DNA of 61,106 nucleotides, counting the filler, from Basidiobolus ranarum (taxonomy: Eukaryota), in the NCBI GenBank assembly GCA_040143965.1. It is 5 parts of 5 records of this genome, joined end to end, with 100 filler letters (N's around TTAATTAATTAA, not from the genome) between each part and the next. Parts side by side here need not be neighbours in the genome. Positions count along the whole stretch, not along the records: positions 12,286 to 24,422 come from JASJQH010007438.1; positions 24,523 to 36,656 come from JASJQH010007439.1; 3 more parts are not named here. The stretch is one strand, 5' to 3'. The notes beneath the pieces are model-generated. The model saw only the letters and a program-made list of their open reading frames with translations. It searched no databases and was not told the DNA's origin. The translations under genes were made by a program, and so were the position numbers. Shown piece after piece: positions 12,286-26,532 of the stretch. The first letter of the stretch is position 1. The number at the start of each line of letters is the position of its first letter.

Positions 12286-14255
12286 AATCTTCCAATCAAG
12301 TTAATCAAGAAGAATACGAAAGGGAGAAAAAGAAGTGGGATTCTCGCTTCGGTCTCGATACGGATATTAAGAAATTCCTTGATGAACTAAAAGAGCGTGA
12401 AAAGCAAGTTACTTCTTCCGCTAAGATCTCTTCAGCTCAGCAATCAAGACCTTCTTTCCTTTCTTCTTCAAGTGTTCCATCTGTGGCTGGTATTCCTTCC
12501 AAGGTCTCTGCTACTCCCTCCAAACCTAGTTTGCTTGCTTCAGCTAAGTCAAAGGAGGAGAAGGATCGCATCATTAAAGAAGAAGCAGAGCGTAGACTAA
12601 AGGAAAGACAATCATTCTTTCAAGCGCAACTTCAACGAACCAAAGAGCAAAAGAGTTCAATTGAAAATAAGGCAGAGACAGTGGAGAATAATACCAAGAC
12701 GGAGACCAATAATTCTTATACTCAGGATAAGTTAGCTGCTATTGAGCGCGAAAAACCTCAGAGTACTAGTAATGTTCCACCCCCACCTCCACCACCACCA
12801 GCCAGCAGTTCTGCCAACGCTGCCCTCGGAGGTTATAAAACACTTTGGTTAAACAAACCTTCCTCAACAGAGACTAAAGCACAAACTACTAAATCAACTA
12901 TTCCCTCATTCCTCGCCAAATCCAACAACCCATTCCCCAACGTTAGTGTTGAGAAAGCTCAATCTCCAGTAATTCCAGAGCCATCAAAAGAAGATAGTAG
13001 TGATGATGAAGATGATGAAGAACAGGAAAGACTCTTCCGTGAACGAATTGAAAAAGCTAAACTCGAAGAGTTACAAAAATCTAAAGTGCAATCTCAGGAA
13101 CGCGAAGCTACCCATAATACAGTCCAGGGCTCTCTTGGAGCTATGCAAGGAAGTGGATCCCCTGTTACTAAGTCTACCGTCCCCTCATTCCTCTCTAAAT
13201 CCAACAATCAGTTCCCCAGCTCTACTGTTGGAAAGATCCAATCTCCAGTGATTCCTGAGCCATCAAAAGAAGATAGCAGTGATGATGAAGATGACGAAGA
13301 ACAGGAAAGACTCTTCCGTGAACGAATTGAAAAAGCTAAACTCGAAGAACAAGAAAAATCCAAGCAACAGCTCCATCAACAAGAAGTCACTCCCCCAATT
13401 TCTCGGGGTATGACACCAGATACGAAGTCTAAAATACCTAGTTTTCTAAATCGTTCTAACAACGTGTTTACCGCCTCATCTTTTAATGCACAACCTACCG
13501 GTCCTGTACAATCATTATCTGAATCCTCTCATAGCCCCAAAGATGATGAATGGGATGTTGTAGAAAAGGAGCCAACCTCGCCAACAACGTTTGACTTCAA
13601 TCCTACACCTGGACATGCTCAACATTTGACATCTTCATTCTTCTCATCAACTTCGCAATCTCCATCCAACGTGTCCGCTTCATCTACCAGCAAGTTTGAT
13701 GAGGCTTTTGGTGGCTCTTTGTTTCCAAGTGAAAGCAACAATTCCTTCAGTCCTACTGCCTTCGATGATGCTTTTGATATTCCATCAAAACCTTACACCA
13801 ATCCTCAAGAATCAAACGATCAACCACAGCAACACACTGACTCGGCAAATGATGAAGTGCTCTTTCGTGTGAGAGCTCTTTATGATTATAAAACCGCAGG
13901 AGCTGATGATTTAGGATTCCTCGAAAACGACTACATACAGGTTTCTCAAACTAACGACGACGGAGATTGGTGGTACGGAAAGCTGGAGAGCAATGGGTCT
14001 AAGGGATGGTTCCCCAAGAGCTATGTTGAACAAGATGTTGGCACTGCAGAGCTGCCGGATTTCAATGCTCCTGCCAAACCCTTCGTCGCTAGAGTTTTAT
14101 ACGATTATCAAGCTCAACAAAGCGACGAATTATCGGTAAAGGCAGACGCACAAATAGATATCCTGGAGAAAATAGACGAGAATTGGTGGAGAGCTCAGGT
14201 TGAAGGACACATTGGCTTGGTTCCATCTACATATTGTGAAGAATTAATACAGTAG
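12286..14255 (+). CDS. Pan1/intersectin-like endocytic scaffold, 3' part with two SH3 domains (5' missing)
   Basis: Frame is open from the contig edge. EREKKKWDSRFGLDTDIKKFLDEL and KEEAERRLKER resemble the Pan1 central region. Poly-Pro, NPF, and two C-terminal SH3 domains (ALYDY...WWYG...GWFPKSYV; VLYDY...WWRA...GLVPSTYC). Confidence 0.75.
12888..13349 (+). repeat. Intragenic duplication of about 60 codons, period 279 nt
   Basis: TKSTxPSFLxKSNNxFP...QSPVIPEPSKEDSSDDEDDEEQERLFRERIEKAKLEE occurs at about 12888-13070 and 13167-13349, nearly identical at DNA level in the second half. Confidence 0.92.
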
Positions 14256-15652
14256 TACCGCTCATTTTTACAAGCTGGGCATATTTCCAAACTGATTCGA
14301 ATATTCTGATTAGCATTGACTATTTAATGCTCTTTGTTCATCTTTCCATTTGGAGCTATAAAGTGATATACATGTTAATCCATTGCTCGTATGAGTGCTA
14401 CAAATTCAATTAAAAATCAGTAATTAGTGAAAACATTTCCCAACAATAGATAGAAATTCAGGGAAAGACAGAGATCGTCATGTTGGGACAAAGCGCTGAA
14501 GACTGACGAAAACTAACCAGTCTAAATTGCATCTCCATTTCTTGATGCTGTGGTTTTGGTGAATTTCAAGTATTCACAGATGAGAATAGCAGCAGCTCCA
14601 ATTGGCACGTAAAGCCATTTTCTAGGTAACCTCTTTTGGGTTAAGGATCAATTGGGACCTATTCATGAATCAATGTGTAATACAGAGACTAAGACGAGTT
14701 AGCCAGTTATAGGATATGAGCTGCCACTACCATTTTTGTTTAACACTCAATGTCATACTACACTATAGTTCGAGTGATTAAGGTTCCAAATTTAGAATCC
14801 ATCGAGACCATATGAGAAGCGTTAAATGAACACTAAAGTATGCAAAGATATCCGTTCCACAATTGGTTTCAATTCTATTGGTATGTGATTTTCTATGGTA
14901 GACCGTATATATATTTTTCACTATATAAGTGGGAGTTTTGGGTAGTGATCGCCAATCTCATGGAGATTACAACTATAATCGCAGTAAGATATGAGAATAC
15001 CTGAATCGAACACCTACGACTCCTGAAACTTGGAGGGTGTCGGCAAAACGAATGCTTCGTATCGCCAGTTCTCATCAGATTCAATCGTTGATGATATAGA
15101 GATTAATCACAAGACCTTTGTTCACAGATTACCCTACTCAGACAAGCATAAATCATAACCATTCGCGAGAAAGATACTGGCTGATCAAAGCCTAACGTAT
15201 TCAAATTCATATCAAGTGGTTTCAGTTTTATAATATAGAAACCCATATATAGTAGGTAAACAAAGGCTTCAACACAGTAATACTATACACTTTATTGTAC
15301 TGATTATTCTCTTTATTTTGAACGGAACCTCTATGCTACGTTCAACGGTTACAGTATGAAGAAGTACTATGAACGATTAAAATTAGAGCTCAAAACTTGA
15401 CAATATAGTTAGAATACATCGAGATCATTAGTGGAGTAACAATTTCACCAGGAAATTCGCTGAAAGATTAGAAAAAGTATTGATATTTGAATGATTAAAA
15501 TAAGTTGACAAATTGAAACTCTCCCCCATATATGTTCCATGTAACCGAATTAAAAAAGTCCACCTAATATATTACAAGATTCGAAAATAGGAGACATGAA
15601 TTAACACATCCAATCACAAAGGGCCAAAGTAACGTATTGCATGGAGTAACTA

Positions 15653-15980
15653 TCAAGCCATCTCAAGGTCTCTACAAGGCTCTCCACAATTCTTACACTT
15701 CTTTGCGCCCTGAAATAGAGAGGTTTTAGAAAACATAGCATATAGGAGTATGCTGTAAAAATAACTCTACCAAAGGGCTACACCCAGGCCAGTTCATGTG
15801 GTCTTGACTAGGATCGCGTGCACAACAGCTAGAGCAACAAATCTCAGCCAAGCAGTAAAACGGAGAGAGAAGAATAATTAGGATCCAATTATACCAGGTC
15901 CAAGTAGACTCAAACTCATGGCAGTCTCCTTGTGGACAGTAGTAAATATGGTTATGGGCTGGTAGGTTTGAGGTGGACAT
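15653..15980 (-). CDS. Small Cys-rich membrane protein, BRI3/DUF2367-like, 2 exons
   Basis: CPQGDCH, hydrophobic WILIILLSPFYCLAEICC, then a predicted intron (about 15770-15710) and exon 2 GAKKCKNCGEPCRDLEMA*. This gives a metal-ligand-pair / TM / CxxC layout. Confidence 0.55.
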
Positions 15981-18063
15981 AACTGATCAAAAGAGATAAT
16001 GTTTAAGACGTGAGAGAGAACAAACAAGCGTGTAAACATCCGAAATCATAAGTAGATAAATGTTAGCAATAAACTGTTGGGGTTGGTACCCATGTATTAA
16101 GAGCGAAGACGATTACCACTGAACCTGACGAACAACATCTCTCAGCCTGGAATGGAAGTTACCAGTTGGAACCTAAATTGAGTTAATAGATGGCCGCTGT
16201 TGGTGACTGCAATTTTAGCGACGTGATGCTAAGTATAATATGATTTGCATATTAGCTCAAGTCTCGTTACTCAAGTGAAATTCAAAATTGCTCCCCAACA
16301 AAAACATCGGGCCAACCAAAAAACTACCATTCAAACTGATTGCATACATGCTGTTAGATCTAGCTTCATAAACAAAATTCCTTAAGAGTGCACCTACAAA
16401 AACATCTCTACCATTGTTTAAAGCAGCCACTCTCCTTTCATTGGTTATTGCCATATGAGGGTTCTCCAATGAAGCCCCAAAGTCGATGCCCAGTGTACTG
16501 CCGTGCCTCCATTGTACTACCTAGAGCCTCTTTAGAGTACACACATCATTAAGTACGTACTTCAAGTGTTTTAGAAGAAACAGCATTGCACTGGAAATAT
16601 CACACTATTGGATAAATGACCATACAGATATAGGAAACCTTACCCAAGCCTATATATAGGCTTACCAAATATGTGACGGAAAGTCTGTTTCTGTTTCCAC
16701 ATGGAGCTCTGAAGACTATCTTTCTCCCGTAGTATAAATAGGATGAGTTATTTTGAATCAAAGCGAATTCCAGTTTCTCTGAAGGAGTTGTTAGAATAAA
16801 GGTTGGGCGCATAGTCTAGTGACTTCTATTAATAGCCAGGATCAAAAAGGGAACTTTTATCCTTTGAACATTGGTATTAAATGGATATAGAAATTATCAG
16901 CAGGTAAAATGCTAGTTGATTGCCAATCGTGCTACCGTTGCTTGACGCCGCAAAGTTCTTCATCTACACATTGCAATATTGAGTAATTTTCTGCAAGTAA
17001 ATCATGTTCCAACATCAATTTACAGCCCAGCTAAGCCTTGACTTGGGAAGCTACAGGGGTTCATTTTGTATTGTTATATTAGGAAGCAACAGTTGCAGAT
17101 TTATCATGCATTCCTTGTAGCATAGTTTAATCAGTTGTCAAGTTTGTACTTGGGGTTGATTGAATGTAGTCAGGATATACTTTCTAATACCTCTCTAATG
17201 ATTAGCCTTTAGGCTGATGCCACAAACTGTATTCACGATTATGTGTCTGGTCACATGTTGCCGGTGAAACCTGTTTGTGAGCATACAGTTCCTGACTACT
17301 TATCTAAACATGCCCCCTTCTACTGTTTTCACTTTCTAATCAGAGAAAGTTTTTCGGCCCACATGAAGTCTTGATTTACGGATTGTCAGCACATTAATGT
17401 TGAGCTATGATCTTTCTTGGGTGACTTTCTGAATTCAACTCTAGTGAATATTTACAATCAAAACCTACGCAGATAATACTTTTAGACATTGGATCATATG
17501 GATTGACAGTTGGAGAGCGGTGATTGGATAAAATGGCGCAATTATGTGAGCTCACGATCGTGAATCCCGAAACCTGTATTTTCCGGTTTTCATAATCTTA
17601 AAATGTATGCCAATTACTACCAAGATAATTGAAAGCTAATAATGCTTAATGATCACAGGCGTTGAATGATCATTCGTTTAATTGGATTAATGTGATGGGT
17701 TTCCTTGAAAGTTGTTTTATTGCTTTGTAGAGCCATAGGCAAATATATCATTAGATGAAATCATGTAAATCGAAAGAAAGAGGGTGCAGATCGACTTCAT
17801 AATGTGTGCATTGGGTTAAGCAAGTCTATCTAAGACTGATCATCTAACTTATTCCCTACATTACAAGTGAAGTTCAGATATGAACGGCTGATGTAACGGC
17901 ACTTGCATCTGGATATTTCCTCTAAAATACCCCACTTCCTGCTAAGGGGGTAAGCCATAGAGAGTCTAAAAATGTACCATACTATATTACAAGCAAAGCT
18001 TTTGGAGTTGAAGAAATATCGGTCGGGTATATAAGATACAGTGGAAGCGCTCGAGATGTCAGC

Positions 18064-18780
18064 TTAGAAGGGGAGGGATGTCTGAGACCTTGAAGTAAAA
18101 TTGGGCATTGGCAGGATTCGTTTCTCAGGAGAAAGCTCCATGATATCACTTAGACGGACTTTGCTTGGTGAGCTCATGACATTGACATCCGATCTCAATA
18201 TACTGTTGCTTAGCGTGGGATGCATAGTCTCTTCTTCTGAATCCGAGTTTGATGAGGCGGAATAGATCGACCATGAAGGGCTTGGTGGGTGTATGGGTGG
18301 GAGATTAAGCTTGCCCAGAGGGAAGTGGTTGTGTTGTTGACCGGGATAAGTGAGGTTTAAGGCATGAGTAAAGCTATCTCCCATGCTGATCTGTGGACTG
18401 TAGATAAACCTATTGCGAGTCATTGGGGATGGAGTTAGGAATGGGGAGTCATGAAGCTCCAGTGGAGAATCAGAGCCAAATGACTGACTAGAGGGACTCT
18501 CAGCGAGTCTCATTTTTTTGCTGTGTATACGTGCATGACGGGTTAACTCATCAGACCGTGAGGAGCGTTTTCCACAACTCTCAAAAGTGCATGAGTATGG
18601 TTTTTCACCAGTATGAGTACGAATATGTCTGGTCAAATGCTCAAGACGTCTGAAAGCCTTTTGGCAAACATTGCAAGTGTGTGGACGAATGGCCGTAGAT
18701 TTAGGCATATTTTGAGTGGATTCAGTATCTTTGTTCCCGAGAAACAAAGAAGCATAATAGTACATGTTGCTTGAAGACAT
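18064..18780 (-). CDS. CreA/Mig1-family C2H2 zinc-finger transcription factor
   Basis: [55 protein letters not shown], plus LPPI and RLSDIM repression-type motifs. Intronless. Confidence 0.88.
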   Translation of the reverse strand: MSSSNMYYYASLFLGNKDTESTQNMPKSTAIRPHTCNVCQKAFRRLEHLTRHIRTHTGEKPYSCTFESCGKRSSRSDELTRHARIHSKKMRLAESPSSQSFGSDSPLELHDSPFLTPSPMTRNRFIYSPQISMGDSFTHALNLTYPGQQHNHFPLGKLNLPPIHPPSPSWSIYSASSNSDSEEETMHPTLSNSILRSDVNVMSSPSKVRLSDIMELSPEKRILPMPNFTSRSQTSLPF

Positions 18781-19009
18781 CTTTAACCTGCGATTCAACT
18801 ACTGTAGAAAATCAAAGAGATATCAATAGCTTGAATGTTCAATATGTGATTGTTTGCAGACTGATAACTGATTATCCACCAGCGATCAGTATTTATAGTG
18901 TGGAGGTTGACGATGAACAGCTGTGGGATTTTTGTCTCCCTAGGGAGCTTAAAAGTATAATGCATACTTACTGGATGAACATGTGCACCAATCCTGAACC
19001 TCAAAATCT

Positions 19010-19119
19010 CCCCGCGGAGTGAGCCCGTAGTTTCCTGGAGATCATTTGGTCTAGGTAACCCACAGTATACGAAACAAATCCCCGTTTAGTCGTTTAAATT
19101 TCAGTTAATATTTGCGGAG
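19010..19119. promoter_or_regulatory. Candidate CreA/Mig1 SYGGRG sites upstream of the creA-like gene
   Basis: Overlapping CCCCGC/GCGGAG at 19010-19019, CTGGAG near 19035, and GCGGAG at 19114-19119 after an AT-rich run. Confidence 0.35.
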
Positions 19120-22100
19120 TTGGCATGATCTTCGACCAATTTTCATGCGTGACTCTGATATTGACTGCTTCCGAAATTTGAAGTTGTCAGCAGTTCGATT
19201 TCACTTGTACATAGTATTGCGAGCGTTCATTTGAAACCAAATTACTTGGGTTGTGACGTTTGCTGATATTCACTGTAAGCTCAAAGATGATGATATTTGT
19301 GATCTTCTTAGGAGGGCTAATGTATAGTAATCGTGTCTTACGTAGGTGCTTACTGTAAGTGATGTCGAACGTGATACTACGACTCAGGGATAAGAAGAGT
19401 CACATAACATAGTCGAATCATCGAGTCAAATGTCACTTCACGATTAATTAGCTCAGGGACATTCAATATATACAATAGAATAATGCAGTCGGTCGATCGA
19501 ATAATGGCTCAAGATCACAAACACATTTGGCAGCCTCCATTGGTAAAGAGAGGGCCGTGTGATCTGGCTATTGAACATTTTTGGTAGTTGTTGACGAACC
19601 TTCGTTTATGCTGCTATTACAGGTTGATTCAATTCCCTGTTATAATTGATCAGCAACTTGACCTGTGATTAATGTTACTCTTCGATCGTACCTGGGGAAG
19701 GATTAGTAACAGCTCCAATTAATTCTTGCATAATATTAGCTTGAACTAACGGATAAGAGCGAAATTGAATCTTCATTTGTCGACAAATACGTATGGGCTC
19801 TTCGCAAGCGGGAAGACCATCATAGTGTTGATCATGAGGTAGAGGGTCTGACCCTGACCCCGCGATCGAAGGTGTTCTCATATGGATATGAGCTGGTGTT
19901 TCTGCAAAATGTATGATATCTGATGCTAGGTACTAAGGTTTGTCTAGACTACGGTCATATCTTGAATTATGCGAGTTCCTTTCAGTAGAGTCAAGTAAAT
20001 ACCCAAGCTTGCTTTTAGTCAACGCTAGGTTTGGCCTATGTATTCATTTGGCCTGCTGGACTGGGGGTTACCGCATCATATTGACGATGCGCAGTCCAAC
20101 GATGCTCATCCTTATGGATCCCTAAGGAACTGTCAGAATCGATCTACAAACACAATGATGAGGACTGGTAGGGACCGTTTCACAGTGATAAGTTTCTCTT
20201 AGATTGTGCATTCGAAAATCAGGTACCCTTAAAAGCAGAATCATCACTTTTTGGCCCGCAACCGCTCAGTGCTCTCAGCAAAACCCCTTACGATCCGTTC
20301 ACTTTTATGACGCTTAAGCAATCCTACATCAGACTCAAGAAGGTTCCCATAGTGATTTTGAGTCTGGGTATGTACTGTATTGTACCGAATCAGCTGAATT
20401 ATTATTCATACTATAATTCACTTGAAAAACTCCAATTCAGACTCCAGTCTCTCAATCAGCTGCGTCATGGTTTAGGGAGTAGAGTTGATTTGATGGCCAA
20501 TGGGTTGTTGTAGAAGAAGTGTATCAAGAACGATATACACTTCCTATGCCTTGAGTTTTAATCCCCCTTCTAACAGGGTTCGAGCAGATGCCTTCGAAGG
20601 ACTCGGTTTCAATCGGTAATTAGAATGAGTACGACATACTAGACCAGTCAAAGATGCACTTAAGAGTAAATTTAATATCGAAGGATGCAAGTGTTTACTC
20701 TCATCTGTAATTAGCTCTCACACCACCTACTGGTTAATAATCAGTCGCATAGTTCGAACCCCAACCCAAATTTAGAAGGAACCTGTTTAACATTCTTAAA
20801 CCTATGACCATTCGTTTCACAATATCCGGATAATGAAGGCACTCTTTATCTATCTGGATGTATGTATCCTAACAGTGTCTTTCCATACCCCATTCCACTG
20901 GCTAGAAATATATCAATGCAACGTTGTATATATAATCAAGCAAGTTTAGATTACGTAAACCATAGTTTAGCTAGATATATCTGAGCACACACTTGTTGAT
21001 CATTAATCAACAATCTGCGAAGACTAGGCGAGCGACTCAAGTCATACAGGAGGAGTTACTCTTAGCAAATTTTCAGGAGATGTGGCACTTTGGCCAATCT
21101 AGATGTGCGGTGCCCAGGGGAAATGTGAGTCTTCTCAAGTTAACAGATAGGAAAGAATAAACTCGGATGATTCTTCCTAGTATCGGTTTGTCAGATCAAA
21201 GTGATTGGCATGCAGACTGGGGAAAGGCGAGTTTTTCATCCTCCTCTCTATGAACATCTTATCTATCTATTGTATCTATAGGCATGGAAAAACGATTGTC
21301 AATAATCACTAATTTCTATGGTTACAATCAAGCTACTCCTCAAAATCAACTGCGTAATTCTAAGCATTGAATATGAAGATTGTGGCCAAGCCAACTAAGG
21401 TATAGATCATATAAACATAAATTTTGCATTTGTCATACAGCTGGATGCTACGAAGTCAAAGCCGAAATCATCCGAATTACCAGCAAGCTTGCTATTCTTG
21501 GTGATACTCCAGATATGTATTGAACACGAACGCCTTGGAGAGGCTTTGGAATTAAGATTCCAACTCTCATGAGTTCATAATATATTTAGGCTAGGTTAGT
21601 ATACGCCTACCAACTCAAAAGGTGGATCTCAAGCATCTTTCATGTGATAAACCTTATTTACAAATGGTCCAACTTGGAGGCAATGTGATCAAGTGTAGCT
21701 AGGTGTTCGATTGCATGGCTCACTCAAGCTTTTTGGATGATATCTTTAAAGTAATAGAAGTCAAAAATCTTTTGCTCATATTCAACTGCATTTGTGTGGC
21801 TATTTTTCATTGTTGTATCATTGATAGACGAGTGCTCATCCTCCTCATCAGGTATCTCTCTGATTGACTTGAGTGGTGAATACTATTACTTTCTTGACTA
21901 GGTCGATCCATAGATTTATATGTATGTTATTGATACACACACACTTACTGGACTACGAAGTCCTCAAGGGCACGCATATGCCATTGCTTTCGAAGGCCCT
22001 TTATCAGCAAAACTATCATCGTATATGATAAATGCAAGTCATACCGCACAGCGAAGTTAGGTCGAAGTATGATCTCAAAATGAACTTTTAAACTTTAATA

Positions 22101-22346
22101 AGATTTAGAATCTAGTCGTACTGGTTTAATTGAGAAGAGGCTATCTACATTTGAATGAATAGGTAAGTGAATGGAATGATATTAATTGAATTTAGGTAAG
22201 AATTAACGTTAAAAAGAAAAGCATGATGGTGATAACGGTAAAGTAAGTTGAAATGATGAAAATTTTGCAAAACTTTGTACGATGTTAAATGGCTACGGTC
22301 TACAAAAGATGACCAAGTGGTTTGATGTTTGAAGTATGGTGAACAT

Positions 22347-23380
<1,034 letters not shown>

Positions 23381-24422
23381 GTTGCTTTTAGGTTAGTTGG
23401 TTGGTAGGTAGGTAGGTAAGTAGGTAAGGATGAACTAGGATGAGATAAAAAAATCCAATAAAGAGGAAATAGGTAGAAGGTAAGAAAATAAGAAACTCCG
23501 ACGTTATACTGAAATTCTGGGAAAGGAGACAGAGAGGTAATAACAACAACCAATAAAACAATAACGAAACATCCGGCCAAAAAAATCTGCATTAAGGATA
23601 ATACACATGGAAGCAGGCGCCAAAATGGTAGGGAAATTTATATAGCTATCCTAATAAATCCTATTTTATTTACCATTTAACAATTCACCATCTCTTAACC
23701 GAAAATGAATACTAAACTTAAACTCTTCACCATGAATTGGATTTGGATTTCTAATACAATTATGCTATTCTATCGCCAACCTTCGTTAAGGACCATCAAA
23801 ACAAGATCCCGGAATCCTATTCCCTTATTTATCCGCCCAATATTGATTGATTTAATTAGACCCGAATGTAATGCGGTTCCTTTATATTGTAGACGTCATT
23901 ATCAGTCGATGGATGCCACTGGAATGAGTGATTGGTTGCTTTAATGCCATCAAGCTGTATTCAATCTTGAAGTACACGGGTGTCCAAAGATTGAGTAAGA
24001 GTTTCGGCAACAGTAAGCTGAGAAGTAGACAGTGCCAGTGCTGGAGTGGAATTGGCACCAATGGAGAGCCACCGTTGCTGATGCCCAACAGAAGGTCATG
24101 GGACAGCGAAGACAGACCTCTAATAAGATACCAAACATCGCCACATTGGTTTTGTCACAGGACGGGCTCATCCCAAAGTGTGATTGTCAAGGCAACTCCT
24201 TGGTCAGAGAACATACAGCCCAACTGTGATTCTCATAACAGAGCTGACCAATAAAATCGGGGTCCTGGAGGCTTCTCTGACCAGATCATTCACCAGTACT
24301 CGTAGTTTGGCAACGCTGTGAAATTTGTACTACCCAGCCTATATGGGTATGAAGAATGTGTTAAATGGATCGTGGGACCTTTGCTTAAATTCAAATGAAT
24401 CTGCTCAAAATAAAGTTTACTT

Positions 24423-24522
24423 NNNNNNNNNNNNNNNNNNNNNNNNNNNNNNNNNNNNNNNNNNNNTTAATTAATTAANNNNNNNNNNNNNNNNNNNNNN
24501 NNNNNNNNNNNNNNNNNNNNNN
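24423..24522. other. Artificial contig spacer
   Basis: N44-TTAATTAATTAA-N44. Confidence 0.97.
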
Positions 24523-24845
24523 CCTGCAAGAATGCAACCCACCAATGCTGTGATGATTCTCTGATGGTTTTGCTCTTTCAGAGGGTGAATCTGATCTGGA
24601 TCAAGTTGATTTTATTTTTGTTATGGTGACTGTGCAAAGATGTTTTAATTGGATATGAAAAACTTGATTACAGGGTTAAAGAAGATAGACTGAATCTATG
24701 CTGGTTTTCAATACATTCCCTGCTGCAACTTTCACAATGCTTAGAGATTATAGGCCCCTGCTATACATTCTGGGAGTTTATAATGGAGTGCACCTGTGGT
24801 GAAATGATGCTCCATGTGAAATTATCAGTATTACTGTATGCTAAT

Positions 24846-25554
24846 CCATTTGATGAGAACGATGAGCGTATTACCGTACAAATTTGCGATCGTCCTGTTC
24901 AAGGTCATATGTTCTTGTCACGAGTCTATACTCAACCACAATGGATTTACGATTGTGTAAATGCCAAGAAACTTTTATCAGTGGAACAATATGCTCCTGG
25001 TGCTTCTCTTCCTCCTCATTTGTCTCCATTCGTCGAATACAAGGAAGGTGATTATATTCCTGAAGCCGCTGGCTTTGATGGTGAAGTCGAGGAAATCGAT
25101 GAGCAAGATGTTGAAGTCGCTGAAGATGAAGAAAGTGATAGCGATGATGAGGAAGCCGAAAATGAAGAGGAGCAGGCTCCTGTTGCTGTAAGTACCCTGT
25201 TACCCCAATGCAAAAATTATATCATTCAAATTACTAATGTACATATATCTACAGATTAACACTGAAGAATCCGAGCATCAAAAGGAACTTGAGGCCGAGG
25301 CTGCTGGTGTTGCATTCTCCGAATATCAACAGAAGCGTGGAAAGAAGAATACCAAGACCGCACCTAAGATTAGCAAAGAGAAGCAAGAAGAAGTTGAAGC
25401 CAAGGAGCTTGCCAAGATCATGATGACAAAGAAGAAGCGTCAACTTTACAATAAAATTCAACACAGCAAGAACAAGACTGCCGATGAAACCAACAAACTT
25501 AAGAGAAGAAAGGAAGAGTTGGCCGCTAAAGCCAAGAAGCAAAAGAAAGCTTAA
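24846..25554 (+). pseudogene. NOP7: Pescadillo/Nop7 C-terminal half, 5' region missing or interrupted
   Basis: PFDENDERITVQICDRP...YTQPQWIYDCVN...YAPGASLPPHLSPFV (end of BRCT), acidic tract, intron 25188-25254, ELEAEAAG...KIMMTKKKRQLY. No Pes1-like frame in 24523-24845. Family call is strong; pseudogene status is less certain. Confidence 0.7.
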
Positions 25555-26532
25555 TAATATTCATTTTACTAGACTAGCTACTCTTCCCTTTCATCCGTAT
25601 GTATTGTTAATTCAGCGACTTTGTTCAGTTGTTTCTCCTATTATATAGTTTTCTGTTACTTTATTCATCCCAAGTATCTTAGCTCTATTTTATACGTTTT
25701 GAAAAGCTTTTATCGATCTTAATTGATCCCCATTCTATCACTAAACATGTCCATCTCACTAAACAATAAATAAGTATAGACCAACGGACCCAGAGCTCTT
25801 CGCATTGAAACTTGTATTACGAAATGCTAAACGAAATTCTTATATCATGTCAACTCCAGGTTGTGTCCTAGCTATTTTACATAAGCTGAATAGTTCTGGT
25901 TTTATTTCGATAGTCATCCCTAAATGTTTCTCATCTCATGACTCTACCTACAATATCTTTATAGAGATCGATATTATAGCTACAAGAATCTCTCCTAGCT
26001 GGCATAGTCCATGGTGATATACATCTTTTTACATCAGACCATAAACCTTTTACATAGCCTCGAATTTCATCTGGATTGGTTCATGGGAGAGAGCTGTGAC
26101 TTCAATAGCCATATCCTCATATATAGTCAATGGAAAATACAAATTGATTAATTCAACATACTTCGTGTAGGTCAAGAGATTTGATGTATCAGGTTTTAAA
26201 TATAGTGTCAACAGTGGGGTTTATTAGTCCAATTCAAGGACAAGGGTAAAGGTGGGAATTAGAAGTTGTGTTTACATAAGAATCGTATATACCCTACAAA
26301 GAAAGGAAAGATGAGAGTGTGGATGCGAATAGTGAGAAAGGATAGTTAGTGGATTTTGTATAAAACAACTTGAAAAAATTGGTTGGATAGGAGAAGACCT
26401 GGCAATATAAAGCGAGGGGATGTCAATCGTTAAAAAATACAAGGATTTTGAGTGGTTGGATGAACAAAGAGACTGGAGGGACAAATTAGATCTAGCTGAT
26501 TTAGTAAGGTGACACAGTGAATCTTGGGGAAT

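Noticed and set aside
20057-20098. Bulged hairpin (TGGACTG/CAGTCCA, CGCATC/GATGCG) as an ncRNA
   Set aside because: Short stems and no recognisable RNA family motifs.
20745-20770. GTTCGAACC as a tRNA T-loop
   Set aside because: No T-stem, acceptor stem or D-arm around it.
23882-24422. Overlapping short ORFs near the contig end
   Set aside because: Multiple stops in all frames and no family motif I can recognise.
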